64,000 nucleotides of DNA from Prorocentrum cordatum (Eukaryota): the NCBI GenBank assembly GCA_963575745.1, contig CAUYUJ010000103.1, positions 558,001-622,000 of the forward strand, in the 5' to 3' direction. Each line of letters starts with the position of its first letter. Positions within the stretch are counted from its first letter, which is position 1. Both the position numbers and the translations under genes were made by a program. Positions 1-15,893 of this stretch are shown here, one piece after another. The notes under the pieces were generated by a model. It searched no databases and was not told where the DNA came from. It worked only from the letters and a program-made list of their open reading frames with translations.

Positions 1-2020
<2,020 letters not shown>

Positions 2021-2178
2021 TTATTACCCAACAGCGAAGACTGATAAGTTTCTAGTGGGCTCAAAAGAGAGCATCTTGACTCCCCAGGGGGGTCTGGGCG
2101 GATGCCGGGGAAAATCCGGGGACTCCCCGGGACTCCTCAGGGGTGTTTGGGCGGGTGCCGGGGAAGATCCGGGGACTC

Positions 2179-2508
2179 CCCAGAACACCATTTCCAGGCC
2201 ACATTTTGAATGCCCGGAGCCAACTGTAGGCCACTTCGTGTTCTTCGCGTTCCCAGAACACCGCTCCCAGGCCACATTTTGAATGCCCAGAGCCAACCGT
2301 AGGCCTCTTTGTGTTCTTCGTCTTCCCAGAACACCACTCCCAGGCCACATTTTGAATGCCCAGAGCCAACTGTAGGCCACTTTGTGTTCTTCGTGTTCCC
2401 AGAACACCACTCCTGTACCATATTTTGATTGCCCGGAGCCAACTATGGGCCACTTCGTGATCTTCGTGTTCCCAGAACGCTAGTCCTGTGCCATATTTGG
2501 AATGCTCG
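2179..2508. repeat. 73-bp tandem repeat, ~4.5 copies
   Basis: cccagaac starts at 2179, 2252, 2325, 2398 and 2471 (exact 73-bp spacing). Confidence 0.95.
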
Positions 2509-2980
2509 AGCTGAGGCAGGCTGAGGCCGAGGCAGGCTGAGGCTGAGGCAGGCTGAGGCTGAGGCTGGGGCACGCCGAGGCAGGCTGAGGCTGAGGCTGA
2601 GGCAGGCTGAGGCTGAGGCAGGCTGAGGCTGAGGCTGACGCAGGCTGAGGCCGAGGCAGGCTGAGGCTGAGGCAGGCTGAGGCTGAGGCTGAGGCAGGCT
2701 GAGGCAGAGGCAGGCTGAGGCTGAGGCCGAGGCAGGCTCAGGCCGAGACAGGCTGAGGCTGAGACTGAGGCTGAAGCTGAATGGGGGGGGGGGAGGGGAG
2801 GCTGAGGCAGGCTGAGGCCGAGGCAGGCTGAGGCTGAGGCAGGCTGAGGCTGAGGCTGACGCAGGCTGAGGCCGAGGCAGGCTGAGGCTGAGGCTGAGGC
2901 AGGCTGAGGCTGAGGCCGAGGCAGGCGAGGCTGAGGCAAGCCGAGGCAGGCTGAGGCTGAAACTGAGGCAGGCTGAGGCA
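2509..2980. repeat. GGCTGA/GGCA compound minisatellite
   Basis: Directly visible. Confidence 0.95.
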
Positions 2981-3224
2981 TCCGTAGGGATCGATAGGAA
3001 TCCCTAGGAATCCTTAGGAATCCGTAGGCATCCTTAGGAATCCGTAGGCATAGTTAAGCATCCTCAGGAATCCTTAGGATTCCCTAGGAATCCTTAGGAA
3101 TCCCTAGGAATCCCTAGGAATCAGGATTCCTAAGGTTTCCTAAGGATTCCCATGCATTCCTAAGGATGCCTAAGGATGCTTTAGGAATCCCTAGGAATCC
3201 TTAGGATTCCATTGGATCCTAAGG
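2981..3224. repeat. 10-bp minisatellite (TCCYTAGGAA)
   Basis: tccctaggaa tccttaggaa tccgtaggca... with 10-bp period. Confidence 0.9.
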
Positions 3225-3607
3225 CCGTTGCCACTGCGACTGTCATTGCGAATGCGACTGCGACTGCGAGAACAGCAGAATTCTACAACTGGATTCTCAC
3301 CTGAATCTTAAGGGGAATGCTTCCAGATATGCTTATACACATCGCTGTTAGGTTGCTTTGCCGGGATAATTTTGATTTAGTGTGCGCACCAAAGGTCACT
3401 GTTGCCAAAAGGTCTCTCTTACGTAGACACGACAACGGGCGCGCTGGCGGCGAACCGCCATTGCTGGAGGCATTACTCTCCACTCGTTTAAACTAGATAC
3501 CAGATACCGACATAGTTTAGCCGAGATATAGTTTATACCGGGTCCAATTTTGCCGAGCCGGGGCCTGACTCTTAAATGTATGTCCCCGGCGTTGCTGAGA
3601 TTATGTT

Positions 3608-4505
3608 GTCAGTCCAGGGTCAGTGCGGGGTCAGTGCGGGGTCAGTGCGGGGTCAGTCCAGGGTCAGTCCAGGGTCAGTCCGGGGTCAGTCCGGGGTCAG
3701 TCCGGTGTCAGTCCGGGGTCAGTCCGGGGTCAGTCCGGGGTCATTCCGGGGTCAGTCCGAGCTCAGTCTGGGCTCAGTCCGGGCTCAGTCTGGGCTCAGT
3801 CCGGGCTCAGTCCGGGATCAGTCCGGGGTCAGTCTAGGGTCAGTCGGGGGTCAGTCCGGGGTCATTCTGGGGTCAGTCCGGGGTCAGTTCGGGGTCAGTC
3901 CAGGGCCAGTCCGGGGTCAGTCCGGGGTCAGTCCGGGGTCAGTCCGGGGCCAGTCCGGGACCAGTCCGGGGTCAGTGAGGGGTCAGTCAGGGGCCAGACC
4001 AGGGCCAGGGTAAGTCCGGGGTCAGTCCGGGGTCAGTCAGGGGTCAGTCCAGGGTCAAGGGTCAGTCCGGGAGTCCGGGGTCAGCCGGGTCAGTCGGGGT
4101 CAGTTCGGGGTCAGTCCGGGGTCAGTCCGGGGTCAGTGAGGGGTCAGTCAGGGGCCAGTCCGGGGTCAGTCTGGGGTCAGTCCGGGGTCAATTTGGGGCC
4201 AGTCCGGGGTCAGTCTGGGGTCAGTCTAGGGTCAGTCTGGGGTCAGTCCACGGTTCACTTCGGGGTCAGTCCGGGGTCAGTCCAGGGTCAGTCCGGGGTC
4301 AGTCCGGGGTCAGTCTGGGGTCAGTCCGGGGTCAGTCCAGGTTCTGTCTGGGCTCAGTCGGGGGTCATGAGTCCGGGGTCAGTCTGGTGTCAGTCCAGGG
4401 CCAGTCTGGGGTCAGTCCGGAGTTTTTCCAGAGCCAGATCGGGGTCAGTCCAGGGCCAGTCCGGTGTCAGTCTGGGGTCATTCTGGGGTCAGAACGGGGT
4501 CAGTC
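3608..4505. repeat. 11-bp minisatellite (GGGGTCAGTCC)n
   Basis: 11-bp period; translates to the 11-aa repeat VSPGSVRGQSG in all three frames. Confidence 0.95.
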
Positions 4506-4967
4506 GACGGATTCCAGATTGACCCTGGATAGATCTGGAGCCCGGAGAGACTTGGTCTGACCGTGCAGACTCACGACTACTACTGCTACTACTGCTAGGG
4601 TCACACTTGACTTATGGACTGGGAGGTTCGGGTTTGGGGTTGGGTTTGGGTTTGGATCTGGCTTCAATAGGAAGCGTTGTTTTTGGAATTCAATAGGAAC
4701 TGCAACATAAATACTTCTTCATAATTCAGTAGAAGTCCAATGCGAATTTAATGATGTTTAGTAAGAATGCAATAGGAATCCAAGTCTATGCTTTCCTAGC
4801 GAAAGTCAATAGGAATTCAAGGAATTCTTCCAAAACTTATAGGAATCCAATAGGAAACCACAGAACCAGCCGTAGGCGAAGTGTGAAACACACCAATCCC
4901 GATTTAGGTTTTCATAGACTGATAGTGAAGGCCCAGCCAAAGTACCAGCCATACATGCGCGGGAACT

Positions 4968-5232
4968 ACTGCTAAGCTCCGCTGTTGCGCAGCCCCGTGA
5001 AGCCCTGCGAGGCACTGCTACAGTTTGCTAAGCCCTGCTAAGTCCTCCTGACACCTGCTGACCTCTGGTAAGCCCTGCTATTAGCGCTGGTAAGCCCTGG
5101 TGAGCCTTCCTACGCCCTGCTGGGCTCGGCGGAGCCCTGCTGGGCTCTGCTAGGCCCTGCAAGCTCTGGTAAGTCATGCTTCGCCCCGCTAAGCTCTGCT
5201 AAGCTTTGCTAAACAGGGCGAAGCCCTGCTGG
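4968..5232. repeat. 10-bp minisatellite (AAGCCCTGCT-like)
   Basis: agccctgcta/agctctgcta units. Confidence 0.8.
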
Positions 5233-5237
5233 CCTTT

Positions 5238-5898
5238 TGTGCGTTGTGCGTGGTGTGTTGTGTCTGGTGTGTTGTGTGTTGTGTGTAGTATTGTGTGTAG
5301 TATTGTGTGTTGTGCGTTGTGTTGTGTGTTGTGTGTTCTGTGAAATGTGTGTGTGTTGTGTGAACTGTTTGTCTGTTGTGTGTGTGTTGTGTGGTCTGTG
5401 TTGTGTGTGTGTCGTGCGTGTTGTGTGTGTGTGTCGTGTGTGTGTTGTGTGTGCTGTGCGTTGCGTGTTGTGTGTCGTGTGTGTGTGTGTTGTGTGCTGT
5501 GCGTTGCGTGTTGTGTGTGTTGTGTGTGTTGCGTGTGTGTGTGTGTGTTACGTGCGTTGTGTGGTGTGCGCGTTGTGTGTGTGTGTTGTGTGTGTTGTGT
5601 GTTGTGTGCGTTGTGTATTTTGTGTGTATTGCGTGTGGTGTGTTGTGTGTTGTGCGTGTGTTGTGTATGGTGTGTTGTGTGTATGGTGGGTTGTGTGTAT
5701 GGTGTGTTGTGTTGGGTGTGTTGTGTGTGGTGTGTTGTGTGCTGTGTGTTGTGTGTTGTGTGTGTATGTGTGTTGTGTGTTGCGTGTGTGCTGTGTGCGT
5801 TGTGTGTGTGTTGCTTGTTGTGTGTGTGTTGTGTGTGTGTTGTGTGTGTTTTGTGTTTGTGTGTTGTGCGTGTTGTTTGTGTTGTGTGCGTGGTGTGT
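5238..5898. repeat. Degenerate (TG)n/TGT low-complexity tract
   Basis: Directly visible; source of the Cys/Val and His/Thr ORFs. Confidence 0.95.
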
Positions 5899-6482
5899 CT
5901 TTTAGGGGTTCATATTTCTGGCGCCGCCCAGGCCGTTCCTCGCGGCGTTCCTCGGGGTCCTCGGTCCTCTTCCTCCCCCTCCTCCTCCTTCTCCTCCTTC
6001 CTGCCCTTCCTCCCCTTCCTCGTCCTCCTTCTTGCCCTTCTTCCCCTTCCTGCACTTCCTCCCGTTCAGGAATTCTCAGGGCCTCTCGGGGGCTCGCAGA
6101 GGCTTCTCGGAAACTCTCAGTGGCCTTGCGGCAGCCCTCATAAGACGCTCGAAAACCGTTTAGAAGCCCCTCGGAGGCCCTCACGAATTTTCAAAGGCCC
6201 TTCGAAAGCTCCCTTCAGGTTTCAACGAATTCTGGGGAGTCTTGTGGATTCCTCAGTGGCGCTCCGGATTCTTTAGGATTTCCTTTGGATTCCTCGGGAG
6301 TCCTTGAACATTGTTTGGCGCATGGGCCATAAGCCAAGTGTGATTTACTAGTAGTTTGCATTCGGTTTCCATCTACCCATATTAAATTCCTAGCCTTACA
6401 CAGTTACCGGCCATAGATGGGCGGGACGCTCCCGGCCATATAAGAAAGGTGACCCTATTATTATTATTATTACTACTACCTC

Positions 6483-6578
<96 letters not shown>

Positions 6579-6704
6579 GACTACTACTACGACTACTACT
6601 ACGACTACTACTACTACTACTACCACGACTACTACTACTACTACTACTACTACTACGACTACTACTACTACTACTACTACTACTACACTACGACTACGAC
6701 TACG

Positions 6705-6739
<35 letters not shown>

Positions 6740-6831
6740 GGCTACTACGACTACTACACTACACGAACACTACTACTACTACTACTCCTACTACTACTAC
6801 TACGACTACGACTACTACTACTACTACTACT

Positions 6832-6877
<46 letters not shown>

Positions 6878-6944
6878 TACTACTACTACCTACTACTACT
6901 ACCTACTACTACCTACTAACGACTACTACTACCTACTACTTACG

Positions 6945-7003
<59 letters not shown>

Positions 7004-7179
7004 GACTGCTACTACTAATACTACACTACTACACTACTACTACTACGACTACCATACTACCATCACTACCACTACGACTACTACTACTACTACTACTACT
7101 ACGACGACTACTACAACTACTACGACTACTACTACTACTACTACTACTAACTACTACTTCTACTACTATACTACTATTA

Positions 7180-7214
<35 letters not shown>

Positions 7215-7331
7215 TTACTACTAATACTGCTACTCCTACTGCTACTGCGACTACTACTATTACTAGTACTACTACTGCTACTACTACTACCACCACTACT
7301 ACTACTATTACGGCTACCACTACTTCTACTA

Positions 7332-7371
<40 letters not shown>

Positions 7372-7472
7372 GACTACTACCACGATTACTACGACTACAA
7401 CAACAACAACAACAACTACTACTACTACTACTACTACCACTACTTACACTACTTCTACTCCTACTCCTACTC

Positions 7473-7515
<43 letters not shown>

Positions 7516-7605
7516 GACTACGACTACTATTACTACGTCTACCACTACTACTACGACTACTACTACTACTACTATTACTACTACTACTACTATTACTAGT
7601 ACTAG

Positions 7606-7652
<47 letters not shown>

Positions 7653-7653
7653 T

Positions 7654-7706
<53 letters not shown>

Positions 7707-7719
7707 CTACTACTATTTA

Positions 7720-8055
7720 ATCGCTTCGCTCATGCCGCCGGCCCTGGAGCCCTCTTTAGGGCCTCTTGGGGGCCTCTTGGGAGTCTCTTGGGGCTCCTTG
7801 GCGGCGTTTTGGAGGCCCCCAGGGCCTCTTGGGGGGCTCTTGGGGGTAGTCGATTGCGGCTCCCCCCTCGGAGGCCACGATCCTCGTGAGGGGTGTCGAA
7901 AAATACCCTCCCCTGGAGTGGTCTGGTGGCTTCTCCCGGGCTTCTCTCGGGACCTTGCCGGGGTACTTTTCGTCCGGGGGCCCCCAGGGGCCGCTCCGCG
8001 CGCGCGCGAACTAGAATATTGTTAACAAGTTACCGGAGATCTTAGCACGCCTCTG
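7720..8055. mobile_element. GC-rich interspersed element in (CTA)n, copy 1 (truncated by gap)
   Basis: Near-identical to 9493-9836 (atcgcttcgctcatgccgccggccc...gatcttagcacgcctctg). Confidence 0.6.
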
Positions 8056-8155
8056 NNNNNNNNNNNNNNNNNNNNNNNNNNNNNNNNNNNNNNNNNNNNN
8101 NNNNNNNNNNNNNNNNNNNNNNNNNNNNNNNNNNNNNNNNNNNNNNNNNNNNNNN
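8056..8155. other. Assembly gap (100 N)
   Basis: Run of N. Confidence 1.
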
Positions 8156-8161
8156 CTACTG

Positions 8162-8214
<53 letters not shown>

Positions 8215-8311
8215 CCGACTACTACCACTGCTACTACGACTATGACTACTAGTACCAATACCCGTACTAGTACTACGACTACTACTACTATTACAACTAC
8301 TATTGCTGCTT

Positions 8312-8365
<54 letters not shown>

Positions 8366-8381
8366 TTTCACCTGCTACAAC

Positions 8382-8412
<31 letters not shown>

Positions 8413-8413
8413 G

Positions 8414-8460
<47 letters not shown>

Positions 8461-9119
8461 GCTACTACTGCTACTGCTACGACTACTGCGCGTATTCCGA
8501 CGACCTAGCCCTACTACGACTGCTACGACGACTACTACCACAATTACTACGACGATGACTACTACTACTACTACTGTTACTACTACTACCACTGCGACTA
8601 CTATACCTCACTACGGCTACGAGCATTCTACAACTATGACTACGACTACTACGACGACTACTACCATTACTCCTACTTCCACTACGACTACTACGACTAC
8701 TACTATTTACTAACTACGACTATTACGACTACTAAATAACTTGCTACTACTACTACTACGACTACTACTACTACTCTACGACTACTACTACTACTACTAC
8801 CCTACTATTCTGCTGCTGCTGCTGCTGTGCTGCTTGCTGCTGGCTGCTTTGGTGATGTGCTACTACTTACTACTACTACTACTACTACTACGCTACGACT
8901 ACTACTACTACTACTGACTACTATATCTTACTACTCACTACTACTACTACTACTATTACTACTACTATCCTACTACTACACTTCGTACTACTATTACTAC
9001 TTACTACGACTACTACTACTACTACTACGACTACACTACTACTACTACTCTACTACTACTACTACTAACTAATACTACTACTACTACTAATACTGCTAAC
9101 GACGACGGACCGACTCTCG

Positions 9120-9153
<34 letters not shown>

Positions 9154-9177
9154 CTACTACTACTACTACTGCTACTG

Positions 9178-9208
<31 letters not shown>

Positions 9209-9253
9209 CGCTACTACTACTACTGCTACTACTACTACTACTACTACTACCAA

Positions 9254-9325
<72 letters not shown>

Positions 9326-9354
9326 TACTACTACTACTACTACTACTAATACTT

Positions 9355-9474
<120 letters not shown>

Positions 9475-9492
9475 GTTACTACTACTACTACT

Positions 9493-9857
9493 ATCGCTTC
9501 GCTCATGCCGCCGGCCCTGGAGCCCTCTTTAAGGCCTCTTGGGGGCCTCTTGGGGACCTCTTGGGAGTCTCTTGGGGCTCCTTGGCGGCGTTTTGGAGGC
9601 CCCCAGGGCCTCTTGGGGGGCTCTTGGGGGTAGTCGATTGCGGCTCCCCCCTCGGAGGCCACGATCCTCGTGAGGGGTGTCGAAAAATACCCTCCCCTGA
9701 GTGGTCTGGTGGCTTCTCCCGGGCTTCTCTCGGGACCTTGCCGGGGTACTTTTCGTCCGGGGGCCCCCAGGGGCCGCTCCGCGCGCGCGAACTAGAAATA
9801 TTGTTAACAAGTTACCGGAGATCTTAGCACGCCTCTGGCCCGTTGGGCCGGCGAATT
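9493..9857. mobile_element. GC-rich interspersed element in (CTA)n, copy 2, with 3' subterminal hairpin
   Basis: Copy of 7720-8055. Ends ggccc-gtt-gggcc (9837-9849) followed by ggcgaatt. No TIR seen. Confidence 0.6.
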
Positions 9858-9931
9858 ACCACTACTACTGCGGCTCATGATACTACCACTACTACCACTA
9901 CGGCTACCACTACTTCTTCTACTCCTACTAG

Positions 9932-10010
<79 letters not shown>

Positions 10011-10019
10011 ACGACTACG

Positions 10020-10083
<64 letters not shown>

Positions 10084-10174
10084 TACTACTACTACTACTA
10101 CTACTACTATTACTACTACTGCTACTACTACTATTACTACTACTACTACTACTACTACTACTACGACTACTACG

Positions 10175-10232
<58 letters not shown>

Positions 10233-10244
10233 GGACTACTACGA

Positions 10245-10337
<93 letters not shown>

Positions 10338-10602
10338 ACTACTACTACGACTACTACTAATACTAACTATACTAATACTACTACAACTCTACCTACCTAC
10401 CTACTACCTACTACCTACTAACTACTATTCTACTTAATACTACTACTACTACGACTACTACTCTACTACTAACTTACGACTACTACTACTACTAGACGTA
10501 CTACTACTGCTACCATTACTAACCATTACTAACCATCACTACCACTACTACTACTACTACTACTACTGCTACTACTACTACTACTACTACTACTACCACT
10601 AG

Positions 10603-10655
<53 letters not shown>

Positions 10656-10814
10656 GTACTACTAGTTCTACTACTACTACTACTACTACTACTACTATTA
10701 CTACTAATACTGCTACTCCTACTGCTACTGCGACTACTACTATTACTAGTACTACTACTGCTACTACTACTACCACCACTACTACTACTATTACGGCTAC
10801 CACTACTTCTACTA

Positions 10815-10854
<40 letters not shown>

Positions 10855-10955
10855 GACTACTACCACGATTACTACGACTACAACAACAACAACAACAACT
10901 ACTACTACTACTACTACTACCACTACTTACACTACTTCTACTCCTACTCCTACTC

Positions 10956-10998
<43 letters not shown>

Positions 10999-11094
10999 GA
11001 CTACTACTACTACTACTGCTGCTACTACAACTACTACTACTACTACTACTACTAATACTACTATTACTACTACGACTACTACTACTACTACTAG

Positions 11095-11141
<47 letters not shown>

Positions 11142-11142
11142 T

Positions 11143-11195
<53 letters not shown>

Positions 11196-11405
11196 CTACT
11201 ACTAATACTACTACTTCTTCTACTACCACTACTTTTACTACTACTACTACTACTATTACTACTACTACTGCTACTACTACTACTACTACTACTACTACTA
11301 AAACCACCACCACCACCACCACCACTACTACTACTACTATCACTACTACTACTACTAATAATAATACTGCGACGACTAATACTACTACTACTACTACTAC
11401 GACTT

Positions 11406-11441
<36 letters not shown>

Positions 11442-11506
11442 GTACTACTACTTCTACTACTACTACTACTACTACCACCACTACTACTACTAGTACTATT
11501 ACTACA

Positions 11507-11548
<42 letters not shown>

Positions 11549-11575
11549 GCTACGATTACGACGACGGCTACTACG

Positions 11576-11607
<32 letters not shown>

Positions 11608-11655
11608 GACTACGACTACTACGACTACTACGACTTCTACTACCACTACTACTAT

Positions 11656-11702
<47 letters not shown>

Positions 11703-11768
11703 TTACTATTACTACTACTACTACTACTACTACTACGACGACTACTACTACTATTAGTAGTACTACTT

Positions 11769-11808
<40 letters not shown>

Positions 11809-11903
11809 GACTACAACGACTACAACAACCATTACTACTACGACGACTACTACGACTACTACGACCACTGCTACTACTACTACCACAACTACTACTACTA
11901 CTA

Positions 11904-11951
<48 letters not shown>

Positions 11952-11954
11952 ATC

Positions 11955-11988
<34 letters not shown>

Positions 11989-11990
11989 GT

Positions 11991-12024
<34 letters not shown>

Positions 12025-12387
12025 GACTACTACTACGGCAACGACGACGATGATTACGATGATTATGACGATTACGACGAAGACGGCAAGTCAAACGAAA
12101 TTGCCTCTGTCTCACGCCGACGGGGTGGGCGGCTGTTGTAAATCTTTCTAGGGGGCCAGCGTCATCGACTGAGTCCTCACCGGGGCGAGAAGGAGGATGA
12201 GAGGACGAACACGGAGGACGAAGAAGGAGGAGAGGGCGAAAAATGAGGACGGAAGAAGAGGATGAAGAGGAGCAGCAGGAGGAGAGGCGCATGGTCTTAC
12301 CATTCGGGCCCCATGGCTCGGCACAGCGAGCGCGGCGGCAGCAGGCGCACAGAAGATGCGCCGCGACCAGGCGCACCCTTGCCTGAT

Positions 12388-12467
12388 CCTCCTCCTCCTC
12401 CTCCTCCTCCTCCTCCTCTTCCTCCTCTCCCTCCTCCTCCTCCTCCTCCTCCTCCTCATCCTCCTCG

Positions 12468-12509
<42 letters not shown>

Positions 12510-13140
12510 GCATCATCATCATCATCATTATTCTCCTCCTCTCTCCTCCTCCTCCTCCCTCCTCCTCCTCCTCCTCCTCCTCCTCCTCCTCCTCCTCCTC
12601 TCCTCCTCCTCCTCCTCCTCCTCCTCCCTCCTCTCCTCCTCCTCCTCCTCCTCCTCCTCCTCCTCCTCCTCCTCCTCCTCCTCCTCCTCCTCCTCCTCCT
12701 CCTCCTCCTCCCTCCTCCTCCTCCTCTCCTCCTCCTCCCCTCCTCCTCCTCCTCGTCCTCCTCCCCTCCTCCTCATCCTCCTCCTCCTCCTCCTCCTCCT
12801 CCTCCTCCTCCTCCGCCTCCTCCTCCTCGTCCTCCTCGTCCTCCTCGTCCTCCTTCTCCTTTTCCCTCCCTTCCTCTCTCCGTGGCCATTTTAGCTCAAG
12901 TACCCATCTTGGCTCAAACCCCATGTCGCTGGGGCAGCGGCCCCGCCGCGCTCGCTGCGGAGCAATGCCAGGCACGCTGACCCAGTCAGCCTGCCGCCGC
13001 GACGCCAAAGAAGCCGCCTTTCTCGCCCTCTCATCCTCCTTTTTCGTCCTCTCCTCCTCCTCCTCCTCCTCCTCCTCCTCCTCCTCCTCCTCCTCCTCCT
13101 CCTCCTCCTCCTCCTCCTCCTCCTCTTTCGTCCTCCTTTT
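12388..13140. repeat. (CCT)n/(CAT)n homopyrimidine tracts (representative of many CCT/GGA tracts, e.g. 18790, 30720, 33890, 36200, 45060, 49300, 60890)
   Basis: Directly visible. Confidence 0.95.
12879..12918 (+). other. Tandem relic dinoflagellate spliced leaders
   Basis: 12879-12900 TCCGTGGCCATTTTAGCTCAAG is 20/22 to DCCGTAGCCATTTTGGCTCAAG. 12904-12918 CCATCTTGGCTCAAA is 13/15 to the truncated relic CCATTTTGGCTCAAG. ATG follows at 12923. Confidence 0.9.
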
Positions 13141-13302
13141 TCGTCCCTTCGGCGGGGCGCTCCCAGTCGGGGGCGCACCTGCCGCGAGCCGCCGAGCGCA
13201 CGCTGCGCACGGCAGTGGCGAGCCTGCGAGGCTCCGCCACGCCGCAGGTTGCGCCTGCGCCCGAGGCTGCGCCTCTCCCGGGGCGGCGGCGGCGAGGGCG
13301 AG

Positions 13303-13562
13303 CCCTGACTCCGGATCCGCCCTACTTTGGGGAAGTTCGTAAGCAGGGCTTGGAATTTCCGCCTTACTTTTCAAGCCCCGCTGATGCCAATTTCCGCCCT
13401 ACTTTTCTGTTGTCATTTCCGCCCTGCTTCTGTATATTTTCGCCCTATTTTATGTTGTGTGCAGAAATTTCCGCCCTACTTTTTCGGCTCCTCATGGGTG
13501 GATTTCCGACGCAATTTTAAGTTGGAAAAAAGCCAAGAAGTAGGGCGGATCTGGAGTCAGGG
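13303..13562. mobile_element. 260-bp non-autonomous DNA transposon, CMC/EnSpm-like
   Basis: TIR CCCTGACTCC[G/A]GATCCGCCCTACTT 24/25. AG on both flanks (2-bp TSD). ~5 internal tttccgccctactt-like subterminal repeats. CCCTG fits the CMCWR terminus. Confidence 0.85.
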
Positions 13563-13879
13563 AGGTGGCCGCGGGGTTGCCGCTGCGGGCCGCGACGCGT
13601 CCGGCGCGCCGGCCGTGGGTGCGAGCGCCAATCCTGGAGAGGGACTGGCCGCGCCCATGGCGCTGCATGCGGCAGCAGGCGACGGCACCGCGCTCCGAGG
13701 CGGCGGCGCCGCCGCCAGAGCCCTGCGCCTCGCAGCGCGGCGTCGCGCCGCTGCCGGCCCTGCTCTCACGAGGCGGGGCGCGCCGCGGGAGGAGGATCTG
13801 AACGACGAGTGGGCCGACGGCAGCCGCCCAGCACGCCCCGGCCTCGGCGGTGCTGGTGCGGCGGCGGCCTGCGGCGGCG

Positions 13880-14048
13880 CTGTCCCGTGGTTGTCCCGTG
13901 GTTGTCCCGTGGTTGTCCCGCTGGTTGTCCCGATGGTTGTTTCGATGGTTGTCCCCATGGTTGTCCCCGTGGTTGTCCCGATCGTTTTCCCGATGGTCGT
14001 CCCGATGGTTGTCCCGATGGACAGTGGTTGTCCCGATGGTTGTCCCGA
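13880..14048. repeat. 12-bp minisatellite (GGTTGTCCCGAT)
   Basis: Directly visible; gives VVPM repeats. Confidence 0.9.
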
Positions 14049-14369
14049 GGGGCTCAGTCAGCCAACCTTAGTTTGAATTTGAATTCTGGGTGCGGGGCGC
14101 GCTTGGTGCCCCTGCCTCTGGGGCGAATCGGGTTTTCTCTCTCGGCCATTTCCTTTCTGCACGCGCCCGGAACACTCGCGCCGCCCTCTCATCCTGCGCC
14201 GCGATTTCGCCACTTGCGGGCGCGCGGCGCGCGAGGATGTTCCAACTTGTAACTTGCCGGCGGGCGCGATGTGGCGCGCTTACGGGAGACGCACGCCACG
14301 CGCGCTGACTGTGACATGCTTGGCCGCGGCGATCGTCGTCGATGCGCCGCGGCTCATGATTCGGTGCCA

Positions 14370-15857
14370 TGGGCCAGTCTGCTGGCGGGGGAGCGGTCGC
14401 CACCTTGTCCTTGGAGCAGTTTGCTCCGCGTGCCCCGCGCGCGGTTGTCCCTGGGCGGGCCCTGGCATCGCACTTGCAGGGGCGGCGCGGCGGCCTCGTG
14501 GTTTGGAACGCCTACGTGCCCGCCGCCTCGGATCCTGTCCGAGTGCATCGCAGGTGCCCCGACAGCTGCTCGCGACGCGCGCGCGCGATTGCAAGAGATT
14601 TGGGATCTATGGGGGTGGATGAGGGCAGGCCTATACTGGATGGAGCGTGGTTAGCAGGGGATCGGCTGCTGGCAGATGCTTTTGCCTCGGCACGTGAGTC
14701 GCGGGCCGAATTGCACCTGCCTGGCCGGGCGCGACGCGACGCGTTCGCGGGCGCAGTGCGCGGGGCAGCTCAGCTGGATCGCAACTGCACCTCTCTCGGC
14801 CCCCGTGCTGAATGATCTGCCGGTCGCAGCCAATGCAGTCGGACATGCAGTCAGGTCCTGGGCGCCATCTGACCACGCCCCCGTCGTCGCCACCACCTCG
14901 ACCAGGGCCCCCGCAGCTTCCCACTCTGATCCCCGAGTGGATCTCCTAGCGCGAGCTGCATCGTGGACTTCCGTGGCAGCGCGATCCTTGAGATCGACCC
15001 GCGGCTTGCCCTTCGGGACAACCTGGTTCGTGTCAAGGGGGTGTTCTGGCATATGGTTATGATTCTTAAGTCTCGATTGCGTCCTCGCCCTCCTCAGCCC
15101 CGATGCGAAACAAATAATTCGCCCTGATGGCGCGCAGAGGTTGGCGCGCAGGCAAGTTCCCTCAGCGCTTTCGAGTTATGAGGGCCTGCCCCCAGATGCT
15201 TCAGCATTTTGAACCTGAACGGGGGCGGTGCTCCGACGTTGCCGGCCTGGGGGCTCCGGTTCAGGCGTCGAAGGCATCTCGGCACGAGGCTGAGGGGCGG
15301 GCTCTGGGCGGGTGGTGGGAGGGGAGCACGGCGACGAGCAAGAGGATGGCGCGGATTCAGAACCTTCGGCGGGCCTGGGCCAAGATGCGTAGGCGGCGCA
15401 GGCTCTCTGAGGTCCTGGACTCCGACGGCAACGTCTGCCCTGCCCCAGATGTGTCGGCAGCTCCTCTCAAGGCATACTGGAAACAGGTTTTGCGCATCAG
15501 GGGCCTGATCGTTCTCTTTGGCCTGAGATCCCGGAGCATGCTCAGCCAGTCCTGTTAGATACTGCTGCGCGGCGTCTCGGCGTTGGCTCTTTCATTGAGC
15601 CGGTTCGTCTCAAACGCCACTCGTCTCCTAGGGGGGGCGGGATCCCGCGCGCGTTCTGGAAGGCGGGAGGGGCTGCTGATGCTCTCTTTGAAGTTCATTC
15701 GGAGGTGCGTGAGGCGTCTGGAGGGGCCGTCTCGCCGAGTCTGAGGAGGGGTCGCACGTGCTTCCTGCCGAAATCCATCAAGGAGGATGAGATTCCTGCT
15801 AAGCTCGTTCGGGCCCCCCGAACAGACCCGGCCCTCGACCGCAGCGAACGCGGGCGC

Positions 15858-15893
<36 letters not shown>

